Shown: in pieces, positions 1 through 12,100 of the stretch
How positions within the stretch are numbered: the first letter of the stretch is position 1
How the letters are laid out: the number at the start of each line of letters is the position of its first letter
Made by a program: the position numbers and the translations under genes
Source of the DNA: Gnetum montanum
Lineage: Eukaryota > Plantae > Gnetophyta
Assembly (NCBI GenBank): GCA_015680685.1
Contig: MNCI01001408.1
Location: 1-64,000, forward strand
Length of the DNA: 64,000 nucleotides
Direction of reading: 5' to 3'
Notes under the pieces: generated by a model
What the model was told of the DNA's origin: nothing
The model's database searches: none
The model's input: only the letters and a program-made list of their open reading frames with translations

Positions 1-96
1 ATGTGACTTTTTATAATTACTTCTTTTTAAGAGATATATTGTGAATTCCTTTACAGTGACCTTGTATGATATAACTAATCTAGATAACTAGCACCA

Positions 97-114
97 TCCC
101 CGGCAACGGCGCCT
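97..114 (-). promoter_or_regulatory. Primer binding site (tRNA-Asp type, Athila) of an element extending left of the window
   Basis: tccccggcaacggcgcct is the reverse complement of the Athila PBS TGGCGCCGTTGCCGGGGA with 1 mismatch, 1 nt from the LTR edge. Bases 1-96 match the leader of the related element at about 25030-25125. Confidence 0.9.
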
Positions 115-115
115 A

Positions 116-1090
116 TGATGAGTGGTGAGGTACCCCTACACTCAACCATACGAAACGAGCATCGCACACGCGATCTGGTCGAACTTCGCAGATGGACTAG
201 TTGTGGCACCTAGATAGTTAGCCTTAGGTCGTAGTTCACTGTCTTCCCACCTAGACTAGTTTTGCATATGTCACGTATGGTTTAGTCTAGATGAGGTGTA
301 TGATGTGTTCTAACCTAATGCTACTCCTAAGGGCAATGGAAAAGAATATTAACTAAACTAAACTAGGAGGAAAAGGTAAAGAAAATATAATCTAGCCTAA
401 GTGTGACGAGCAACCGATTCCTTGATCAACCGTACACATCTTGGATTTCGTGCACGAGTACCACTGGGACTACCAAGCGTAGCTCCAAGGTACGCCACTG
501 GGATTACCAAGCACAGATCCCAAATACGCCACTGGGTTACCAAGCGTAGATCCTGGATATGCCACTGGGCTACCAAGTAGTCACACTTAAATGCTCGTAA
601 CCAAGTCGTACTCATTCCTCTTTTAGGAGTTTAAGGGTGAGAGACTAATCGTGATGAGTAGCCGATTCCTTGACTAGCCGTACACATCCGTAGATGCTCG
701 TAGTCAAGTCGTACTCACACCGTGCTATGAAAGCAATAAATAACATTAAATAAATAAACTAAGTGAATGCTGCAATGATGAAGTAATCTCGATCTTTATT
801 GCCGGTCATCTGCGTGTCTAAGTACGGCACACTCGAATAAAGACACCGTACAATCACATTCACCACACTGCGGGTAGACACGGGAAAAAATATAACTCTG
901 GAGGGATCAAACTGCCAGAGCTTCGCTACTCTAAAACTAGGATGCAAATGAGGGAGAGCCACCTCTTATTTATAGATATCGTGGTGGACTGTGATATCGC
1001 ATACATGATATCATAGGGGAAGATGCGATATCACGTACGCGATATCGTGGGGGATGCGATATTGCGGCCTATGCGAATCGCGTCTCATCA
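116..1090 (-). mobile_element. 5' LTR of an Athila-like retrotransposon
   Basis: Inverted termini TGATGAG...CTCATCA; adjacent PBS; minus-strand TATA (ctataaata) near 968-977; homologous to LTRs at 17545 and 25145. Confidence 0.9.
461..580. repeat. About 33-bp tandem repeat (4 units) inside the LTR
   Basis: ccactggg(a/t/c)..taccaag unit occurs 4 times; related LTRs have only 2 units. Confidence 0.85.
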
Positions 1091-1199
1091 ATAGGTGAGG
1101 TAGTTAGCAAGCCAAAGACTAGTTGCTAAGAAGGAGACTATAGTAGTCTTGACAACAAAAGGTTTATCAGGAAATTAATTTGAAAGAGGCTTTTCATCA

Positions 1200-3100
1200 G
1201 CCTCATTGTTTCATATCAACCAAGATAAATGATTAATGATAACATTCTTGATTCCCTTTTTGTTAATCATTGTAATGTTAAATTCTTGTAAGATAATAAG
1301 TCTTTGAATAATACAAGGGCTCATTATTGACTTATTTATGAGTAATCAAATTACATTGTGATATATGTATACAAGTATAGGATAATTAAACACATAGTTC
1401 TTAAATTTTTTTAATGATTACACCACTACAATGAGTTCTTTTTCAATTGTTACTTAATTTAATTATACACATGTTTTACTTCTACTTGCATAATGGATGT
1501 AATATGGATATTTCTGTTTATCCATCTACATAAGCATATCCTTCAAACCATAGTTGGATACATCTACCATGATATGAAATAACTTGGATAACTCTAGTAT
1601 CATAGGATTGAAGTGTCTACAAGTTCTTACTTCAATAGTTTAAAGTTCTTTTCCCATTATTTCATACATATGTAGGATGTATGCATATGAACAAATCCTA
1701 AATACATACAAGTTCTATAACTAATAAAGGATCCTGAACATGTAGGTCTTTTTGTTATTTTATAGATCATTCTATTTTTTTCTAGATCCAACTTCATCCC
1801 TCTTTTTGATACATGATGTCAAAGTATAATTCCCCCCTAAAAAATTAGGTGGGTTTATTATTAGTTGATCTTTAGGTTGATTCAATGCATTTTTAGTACC
1901 TACTTTAAATTATTTAGGGCTTATTCAAAATTTAATCCATAGGTGAAGAAGTCATTCATGAAGAATTCAATATCATTGCCAAATCTATTTTTGAAAAATG
2001 GTGAGAGCAAGGGTTGAGAACATTACAAGAATATTGCATGGGGCAAAGAGGATATTCTTATATGCGAAAGTCTTCTAGAAACTCACAAATATAATTTTGG
2101 CCTTATCTTCTAATGCAATCCTAATTTGGTTATAATGACTATAACCATAAAGAAAGATGTAATAGTTATCTCCTATAATGGTGTCTTACACTTGATGAAC
2201 AAATAACATGGAAAATCATCCTATAAAGTTTCCATGTTCAACAACCTAAAGTTTATATAGATATGTCATTTTTCTTTCTTCTTGAGAAAAATAACAATTG
2301 GGATAACCAACTTGCAATTTGCAATAGGATAGATGAATCCATCCTTAATAAATTTTTTAATCTCTATCTTGATAAACTTCTTGAGCTTGCGATTTAACTT
2401 GAATTAGGGTTAGTACATGGGCTTCATTACATGATCTATACATATCTTGTATTAGCATATATATGAATCAATGCTTGTGATTTCATTGCATGACTAGGTA
2501 AAGATTGTTGACCATTTATTAAACACTCTCAACAACTTTTGTTTCTAATTCTTTGTTAATTGGACATTCATAATTACCAATTTATCATTTTTGAGGACTA
2601 CATATTTTAAATATTTTATTAATAATTTTGAAACATCACAAAGAAAATTCACGTTGCAAATCATGCCCAAAACCATTGTAATTTGATGTAACAATAATGG
2701 CAAATACAATTGTCTTATTTTTCCTAGCACTTGGCATTATAACCTTCACCATTGAACTTGAGGTAGGATCTTATTGTAAAATGTATAGTTTGTAGTTCAT
2801 AGGCTACAATATCACATACCTTAACTTATTAAGGATAAAAAAGGCTTCATCAGTCACTTTCTAAGTGAAAAAAGTTGTATTAGACATGTACCTAGGCTTG
2901 GAAAGGCTAAAAATGCTTTGGGAATGATCAAATTTGGGTTTTCCATGGTATTTATGTTGGTCATAGTAGTTTATATGCTAGAACCACCTGTAGCTAGTGT
3001 ATAAATTATTGGGCTTTAATTTTCATGATGAGGCTAGCGTATTTTTATTGAACCTAGCATACTTTTGTGGAAGCCAACATACAGTAAATCCAACATATTA
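1200..3100 (-). pseudogene. Highly decayed Athila-type pol fragment (protease/RT/RNase H)
   Basis: Minus-strand translation gives YGYSHYNQIRIALEDKAK..TFAYKNILFAPCN and EFFMNDFFTYG (RT), plus FHIMVDVSNY..IHYASR..TIEKELIVVV (RNase H), with many stops and frameshifts. Confidence 0.8.
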
Positions 3101-5759
3101 ATGGTGAAGCCAACATATTTATGATGACTTTCATATATCGAACTTACCAAAATTGAATAAATACATTGGGGTTGGATGTCCTGCAACATCAGAAATTTGT
3201 AGTAATCTTTTAGCAATCATGGCAAAAATTTGTAGCAACAAATTAGACTTCAATGGTCTATAAAAATGAAAGATGATCACACTCAGAGGACTTTTGGCCA
3301 TTTTAGCATTTGGCTAAACATTAAAACTTTTAGTGCAACACATAACCATTTCATCACCAAGACTTTTGAAAAATTTGTATTTAAGCTAAAAAAAGAGACT
3401 CTCAAAGTAGTGCAAATTGACTAAATTTCCAATAACCATTCTACCACCAACAAAGCAAATCCAATATAGAGAGACCAACGAGGAGCTTTGGGAGCACAAC
3501 TTCAAATTTATGTACAGTTAAGCTAACTATAAGACACTCTACCCATGTCACTGGGCACCAAGCACCATTCTTCCTAGCTCTTTGGACATCTTAGATCTTC
3601 AAATTTATACTGATTTGAACATTGTTCTTGTAACAATTTTTACTATTTTAATAGAACAAGTTGCAGTTCATTTTTTCCACACAAGTTTATTTTTCATTTC
3701 TCTACCATTGTATCTATAATCTTTATTAAATTTATTTACAACCATTTACAAATTCTAAGTCCCTGGGTGATTAGCAAGACTGTCTAGGTGCTTCAAATCC
3801 CTTTCTCAAGACCCATGGGATTTAAGATTAACTATTTCATAAGAAATCTTTGATTTTTGAACACCAAATTTTTTCATTGTCATAGTTTCTAATGCTAAAA
3901 GGAGGCCCTCCTCCAAAATTAATCACCTAATCCTACTTTGCCCTTACCTATTTATCAATTTTGATTACTATTTAATTTTGTTTGCTAAAAAATCTTTGAA
4001 TATTGCCTTGAAATCCTGCTCAAAACCAATGCAACCATCCATTCCCCTATAATTTTTATCCAACGTATTTATTGTAGGAAGTTGGGTGTTCTACATTTTT
4101 CCAAAAACTACTAGACCTTTTAAAAGCCAACATATTTCCCAAGAAACCTACACTTTCTACTCACGAAAATTTGTCATTGGGATCTCTAAGGTTACAATGT
4201 ATTTTTTTCAACCATCACCCACTTGCAGTTGTTAAAATTTTTCCATTGTATTTCCCACACAAACACAATGTATATATAGCCTCCACCGAGTGTATTTTTT
4301 CTATAGAAAAATACCAACTTATTTTTTGGGAAAGTACCATCATATTTTGCATAAAGAAAATACCTCGCATATTTTTTCCTATATAACCAACATACTTGCT
4401 CCCCACAAAGCCAAACAAGAATATCTATTTAAACAAGCAAAGCTAGCATATTTTTTCAAATGTAGACTCAGTGGAGTGAACCTAGTGCAAAAACTAGAAG
4501 CCTAACTCTAACATTTTTCATACAAATTTTATCTAGTAACTAGTTGCAGTGCAAGCCTCTATTTCTTGCATTACAAAACCTAAGAATTTGAAATTAATTA
4601 ATTTTGAACTTATACCAATGAAGTGCATAGCACTACCACTACCACCTACAATGCACCTGTAGTTGCATTTTACATTATTTTTACAAGGCTAAATCTATTT
4701 ATACATAGGGTAGTTCCACTATTTGGAATTGTTAATTCAAAACTAAATTAAATATCTATTTAATGCCTTTCCACAAATCAACTATGTTGTTAGTAAACTT
4801 GATAGACATGACTTCTAGTTAGGATGTAGTGCGTGTATATGGTTGCAAGGATCCAACTATTGTTGAGCATAGGTAATCACTTAGGTAGAGGGGTCAAAAC
4901 CCAAACTTTGCTATAATAAATAAAGAATACTATGATTTCATATGCATCAAAATTCAAGCCAACCTCCTCATCCCACTCACAAAATGTGAATTCAAGTGTG
5001 AGTTTGAGTATATCATTGAAATGGGAAGGAGTACATCTCCTCCGCTTATGATAAAATAAAACTAACTAACATCCATATGCGCATACTAGCCCAAATAATA
5101 GAATGCGATAAGCTAAATTAGGAAATTAGCTTAAAGAGTCACCACAAGGAGCATGATGAGCTTGAGTCCAAACCAAAAATCGATGCCTTCATTGGGTACC
5201 TTTTTCAATAATCAGCTCTCCAAACCACTACATCCAGTTCAACCTCTCTTGCATCTTCTATGGGGTAGGTTTTCCAACATTCTTCTTCACATGCCCACCC
5301 CACTATGTTTTTCTCAATGTCCAACATTGTTATTCATCAAGCACAACCCATGTCTCAATTGGCCTTGCTCTTCACCTCTATGCCTTTTACAACACAACCT
5401 AGCTCTATGCGGTCATCATCTATGGTGTTTACGATGGTTCATTCCTTCTCTGTTCCAATGGATCCCTTAGTGGGACCCTAAGTCACTCAAGCTTTTTATA
5501 CCACATTTCCCCTCTTTGTCCCTCAAGTACTACTGTAGACTTTATTTTTCTTTCAACCCCATGACAACCATGATTAGACAACCTCTTCCATCCTTACCAT
5601 TATTCTTTGCAAGGGCACAAGCCTCTCAATTTGTACAAATCCCACAACCTGGTAGAGTGCTCCAAGGCTTGGAGTAGGCCTTCTAGATGATTCAAGACCT
5701 CAAAAAAGAGTTACACAAGCTCAAGGCCTCTAGCATGTAGACAATCAAAATAATGGGCT

Positions 5760-6830
5760 TCTACTACGACAATTCCATTACTTCGACTATCCCCCAAATT
5801 ACTCTTCCTTTGGGCATTTCTATTTCATAGTTTAGTAAGTTCAATGGTAAGGGTGATTCCAATGCACACCTCATGATATTTTGTGTTGAATGATTGTTAC
5901 TATAGACTTGTCCACACACCATCATGTGAATCTTCCCAATGTTCCTTGTTGGAAAAGCTTTAGACTAGTACCATATCTTGCCTAGAGGATCTATTGCCTC
6001 ATTAAAGAACTTGATTTCACAATTTGTGAAAAATTTCAAGTACAACTTGAAATCAAAACCACCTTGGATCAATTGATGAAAATCAAATAGAAGCTTATTG
6101 AACCTATTCATAAGTTTATCCAATGGTAAAATGCTCTACTCAATAAAAATCCTAAGCTTATAGTCAAAATCCACCTTCTAGCCATTTTCAAAGGGGTAAT
6201 CAATGACTTCATCAAGTCCAAGCTATATTATTTAGATCTGCTATTCCTTAGCCAACCTTTCTCACAAACTACGAACATAGAGGATGCTGCTAAAGCTAGC
6301 CATGACACTACCTATGTAGCATACAAGAATTAGCACACAAAGAAGGACAAGGATAGGGGGAAGCAAGACCATGTAGCCATGGCCACTATGGTGAAAGAAG
6401 AAAACTATGAAAGGAGCAAAAATTATTTAACCTAAAGTGCTTGCCATAACCAACCAACTATCAACATTAAGGACCTCTAGCTCAAACCATACAAGTCCTA
6501 ACTTCGAGAGGAAAGATTAGTCAAAATACACCAAGTTACCATTGAAACCATCCAAGCTCCTTAAGTAGTTAATCAAGAATGGTTGAATCCAATATAAGAA
6601 GATTATTGAGAATGCTACAAAAGGCATGACTGATTATGTGAAATTTCTAAGGATCCTACTCTGGCAACCAAGGATGATCCACCAATACTAAAGTACTTCA
6701 AACTTGGCCAATTTTTCCACTATCATTAGTTTCCTAGTCATGACATCAATTTTTGCTTAGCCTTGAAGGATGACTTGTAAAAGATGATAAACAATGAAGA
6801 GTTGGTGTTAGATGCTTCAAACTTAGTTAG
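5760..6830 (+). pseudogene. gag (retrotransposon gag, Ogre/Tat-like)
   Basis: FSKFNGKGDSNAHL and IFPMFLVGKALD*YHILPRGSIASLKNLISQFVKNFKYN motifs; later CCHC-like remnant; homologous to 46800-48050 and 63250-64000. Confidence 0.8.
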
Positions 6831-7699
6831 GCCTTAAAACCAATCCATGTAGATGTACAAAGTTCCTTTGAATGCAAACAATATCCCATACATAATAGTA
6901 GCAATGGCTCAAGACCTTCCAGGTAGTTCTTTGTGATTCAGGTACCTCCTTGTGATGAAAAGGATCCTTCAACTTCATCAAGTTTAAGGAATCCTTTTGT
7001 TGTCATAATCCCATCATTGAAAATCCCAAAGAACCCTTTGTCATCAGAGTTCCCCTCCTACTGTTGCCAAATCTTCAACTCAAAATGATGAACATCCTCC
7101 CATGGTGGCCAGTACAACCACTTCATTGTAGTCCAACAACGAAACATCACCTAACAAGAAACACAAAAGGTCTATTTGAAAGCATAAGGTCAAAGATAAT
7201 AAGCAGGTAAAGGCTTGGAAAGAAGTGAACCCCCCATAGCCCACACCCATTTCAACCATTTCCATAAGCCCCAATGCTTAAAATGATTCAACTAGTCAAC
7301 CAAGGAATGACCAAAAGCAATAGAAGGGGAAGAAGACCAAATCAAAAACCTTAAAGAAAAAAATTCAAATCCTAGGAAGAATGATGGAATTAAGGTCAAT
7401 AAGGAAAATAAATTAATAGCTAATGAAAAGTAGTTCCTTAATGCCATGGAATAGGTGAAATTGTCATTAAAATAGAAAAACACTTTGTTGAGCCTATATG
7501 ACCTAGTAATGATTTCTTCTACCCACTATGAAGCCTTAGTGAATATGTTGACTTCAATTCTTATTAGCAAAGGCATTCTTACCAATGAAGAGTCCATCCA
7601 CATAATGAAGGTATCACCTTTATCTAGGGAAGAAATGAAGTCCACTACACTAGTGTTTCATGATAGTGAAGTTAATACTAACCCCTAGGATGCAAGATA

Positions 7700-8090
7700 A
7701 TGAGGGTCCCTCTCTTCATAACTATAAGGATTTAGAAGTAAAAGTTACACAAGGTGCACATTGACAATGGGGCAGCCACCAATATCATATCTTTTACCAT
7801 TGTTGAATGGTTAGGCCTACTGGAGCACATGCAAAGTACTCCTACCTCTACTCTTAAATTCTTTAATGGATCGTGGGTAGTAGTAAAGGGTTCAATCTCC
7901 TTAGACTTTGTGACATGGGAAACATTCTTCACATCTGCCAAATTCTTGGTGATGGAAGAGAAGCCAAGATTCAACCTCATCCTAGGGAGGCCTTAGCTAG
8001 CTCAATTATGAGTAGTTTTCTTCCCTAGCCACCAAGAAATTTATCTGCCTTATGAAGGAGCTAAAATAATTATTTATGGCAATAGTGTGG
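7700..8090 (+). pseudogene. Retroviral-type aspartic protease (Ogre/Tat-like)
   Basis: VHIDNGAATNI...LKFFNGS...FNLILGRP*L...HQEIYLPYEG (ORF 7754-7996). Confidence 0.85.
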
Positions 8091-9123
8091 TTCCCTTGCC
8101 AGTTAATAATGTTGATGTGGAGCAAGGGTTCGAAGTGGAGTTTTAGGAAGGAACTCCTACCATTAAGAGCGAAGTTGAGAGGCCCCAAGAAGTGAACCAA
8201 GCTAAAATTGGAAATAACCAAAATGTGGACATAGCATGGGAAGATCTTCCACTTAGCAGGGAAAGTGAAGGAAGTGGTAAGTACAAGATTGTCCAATGGA
8301 GGTCATATACTCTTCCTAATATTTTGAAGATTATGAAATAGTTGCATGATTGAGTATGTCTCCTACTTACTCACCCCTATGTTAACAACACTTTGGCATA
8401 TTCTTTTTATTTTTATTTCATAGCCTAGTTTTGAACTTTTCTTTACATGATTCATTTAGCTTTACCATTCTTTGTCTTACTTTAGCCTTATTATGCATAA
8501 AATTTATAACTTATTCTTATTCACATTTTGCCTTGTGCTTTCCTTTACAAAAACATAAAAATACAATAAAAAATTTTTAAACCTAAACAATCCATAATTT
8601 AAAAAAAAAAACATAAAAAGCTACAAAAATTTTATAACGGCCTATCAAGGCCTTAAATTGGTGGCTTGCCAAAGCCTTAAACTAGCAATACCTTTGTAAC
8701 CTTTTTCTTCATTATCATTATCATAGCCATTATGCCATATTTTGCACTTTGTTTTACTTAATCACTTTATGCTTACATTTTACAAATTATCATCATATAG
8801 CCTTGCATTTAACTAATGTAACCTTTTCATATGAATAAAAATAAAATACCTAAAAAATACATAAAACAATAAAATGCTAAATATATATATATAACCAAGT
8901 GTCTAGGTCCAACAGCCATAGTCACATAATGTGACAAATAAAAATTTAGATAACAATGGTAATAAAAAATAATAATAAGTCCAACAACCATGGTTGAAGT
9001 GTGCAACAATAAAATAAATAACAATGAACTATCCTCATAGTCTCCAACGACTATGAATAGCCAATAAAAAATAACATGAACATCATAACTAGAATAACCA
9101 AAAACATGATGAGATTGGTAGTC

Positions 9124-12100
9124 CTAAGGTAAAACTAGAGGAGGAGGAGGAACATCATCATCGTCATGGCCACTAGGATCACTACCATCAATTGGTACCT
9201 ACATCACAATAAAAATAAAAAAAACATAAAATAAGAATTTAATTAGTAACTAATATAACCAAAAACATAGTCATGAAGCAACAAAATAGAAAAGAAAATA
9301 CAAACTAAAAAAAATATATTAAAATAAAAATTTAAGAACAAACTTGTGGAGGTTCTAGTGCAAGGTCTTCTTGAGGAAAGTTTAGGAGACCAATTTCTAA
9401 ATGATGAAGAATTTATTTTTCACTCACGTTCACCTAGTCTACTTCCCCAAGGTTCACACTAGTCAAGATGTTCCTCCTCTTAATATCAGTTGATGATGGA
9501 GGCTCTCATGAAAGTGTAGTAGTAGTTGCCTCCCCTAAAGCGATGGTAATCTGAAAAGCAAGGGAATCAAACAACACCAAGGAGCCTTCAAACCACTCAA
9601 AGGCATTCTTTGCATTGATTTCCTACACAAATATCTCTAACTTTTAGCTCTTTATAGTCTCCTCCTATAGCAACTTGTAGTAACTCTCCTTTTCTACCCT
9701 GAACTTGTGTTTGTGGTTCTTTTGTGTCTTGCCCCACTTAAGGACCCAAGTGCATTAGTTTTACTAGTCTATGATCTTACAAATCAACAAATCCATCTAG
9801 ATTTCTTTTTTAGCATTACTTCTAGCTAGAGCAACATTGCCATGGATGGAATTCCAGTAGCACAACCACTCAATATCCTTAGTGCACAAGGAGTCTCTAT
9901 TGGCTATGTGAGCCTCTAAAAATTTCTTATGGTTATTAATGTCTCTAATATCCTCTTCTTACCACTTTTTTTCTTTTTCTAATGTCACAACTCTTTTCCA
10001 TAGGAATTCATTGGAGTGTTGACACTTCCATGAAATTCTCACACATGAGAGGGCACATTCAGTGACCCCCTTCTATAACCTTCATGGAACATTTTCTACG
10101 TTAGGTGATAATGTAGGTAACTTATCAAGCTAAATATCATGCTTAGGTTCCCATCCAGCCTTGGATATTGTAAAAAACCACAAAAATGATATACATATAA
10201 GAATAGTAATAAAAAAATAACAAAAAATGATTTAAAAAATTAAGACCATGATAAATATATATAAATAATAAAATAATTTTTGGGAAAATTATGCTATTAT
10301 TCTCACCAACATTAGGAGCTATCTGTTGCAAATGATCAATCATGTCTTTTGTCATGCCCTGCATAAATTCAGTCTTATTAAGGACTTCAGCCTTTGGTTT
10401 CCTATGAAATGTGGAGGTAGATACCTCTAGAAGAGACTCAGATACTACAAGTATAACCATTAGTGCAACTAAACATTAAAACAAATTTTAAAACGAAATT
10501 ATAAAATACAACATGCAAACTAAAATGCATAAGTACCTAAAGGACCATGTAGGATGTTAATGTGAGTTTCATCATCAAACATTGAATCTTCCAATATGGA
10601 ATCTAAGGCATCCAATGCTTAATTAGGTGTCATTTCATACTCCTCTTGTTTCCTTAGTGCCTCTTCTTCTTGGTATTTTCTCTCTACCTCTACTACTGCA
10701 TGGGTTGCAAGTTCTTGTTGTTTTCCTACAAAGATGGTAAAGGAAAAAAATAGAACAAGTTAGTAAGTTTTTCCTAAAAATAATATAATACAATAAAAAA
10801 TTATTCAAAATAAGATAAGAACCAAAAATAACAAAGAATGCAATTAAAATGTATTTGAAACAATGTGATGTTCCTGGTTGAGCCTAAGGGACATCTTCTT
10901 CTTCTTCATTGGATGCTCAATAATAGTAACTATTTCTTTAATTAGTGGCCACTTAAACTTTGCTTTGGCTACACCATCAACCTATACATGCAACTTCTTG
11001 GCTTTCTTAGCGCTTCAATAGGTAATATGAGGCTCAATCCCCATGCTATCAGTGGAAGGACAATGTTCATCACTAAATTTCCTAGTGATAATAAATAGTG
11101 ATTCCCCAATATCTTCAACTGCTAGATCCTAAACTTACATGGCTAGAACAATGTGTTTTATCCAAGGTTTAGAAAATTGGGATGGATCATGAATCACCCA
11201 TTTTCCATCCTTCTTGATCACTAGGAATTCCCCAAACCTCCTTAGATAGGCTACAAAAAATGAAAAATTCATATGGCCTATTGTCTCAAGGTTGTTTTGG
11301 AAATTTTGGATCTCATCATGTAGCTTAAAGACCAAGTGAATAGCCTAGTTAAACTTAGCATCCTTTGTGAGGACCTTCTTCATGGTACAAGCCTATTAAA
11401 TACCAAGGACCTTCTTATGTGATAGCAACATGGAAAATGCTCTAGATCAGAATAATTGATACATCTTGTTAACCTCTATGACCTAACACTGGTCTAGAGG
11501 CAACCCACTACTACCACGATGAGAGTTAAGCCACTCTTCCACCACCTTTCTATGGTCCATATCTTTCACTACTCTTATGACAACCTTCATTCTATCACAA
11601 GATATGACAAAGAGGCTGATAAATGTTAATTCATTAATGGACAAGGTAACAGGTACACCGTGAATGTGAGAGATGAATTTCTTGACTCCTTTGTCAAATG
11701 AGTCAATGACATTCACCATCTTTGTAGTAGGCATTGATAAGCTAGGAATCATAAATAAATCAAGAAAACCTTCATTAAAAATCCTTTCCTAAATCTCACT
11801 AGGTGCTCTACTAGCCAACTAGTCCTATGTTGAATCTACTTTGCCCCACTTAGAATGAGTGTCTCCTTTCCATGTCCAAAGCTGATTATGATAATAGTAG
11901 ATTTAGGCACAAGATATACAACATAAGATGAACAACCTATTAGCCTTTAGCATAATCATGTCACACAAAACAAAAATAAATAACAAACATAGTTAAAAAA
12001 ATCAAAATTAAACTCATAACTACATAGTTAAAAAATAATTAAACAATTAAGTCCTAAGTAATCAAAAAATAACACAACTAGAGAATGTTGACATTAATAA

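Noticed and set aside
461-580. Regularly spaced repeats that look CRISPR-like (also 49915-50130 and 56500-57660)
   Set aside because: Spacers are homologous to each other, there are no cas genes, and the context is a eukaryotic retrotransposon.
1980-2080. MULE-like LPHA..C motif in one minus frame
   Set aside because: The adjacent frame gives clear gypsy RT motifs, which explain the region better.
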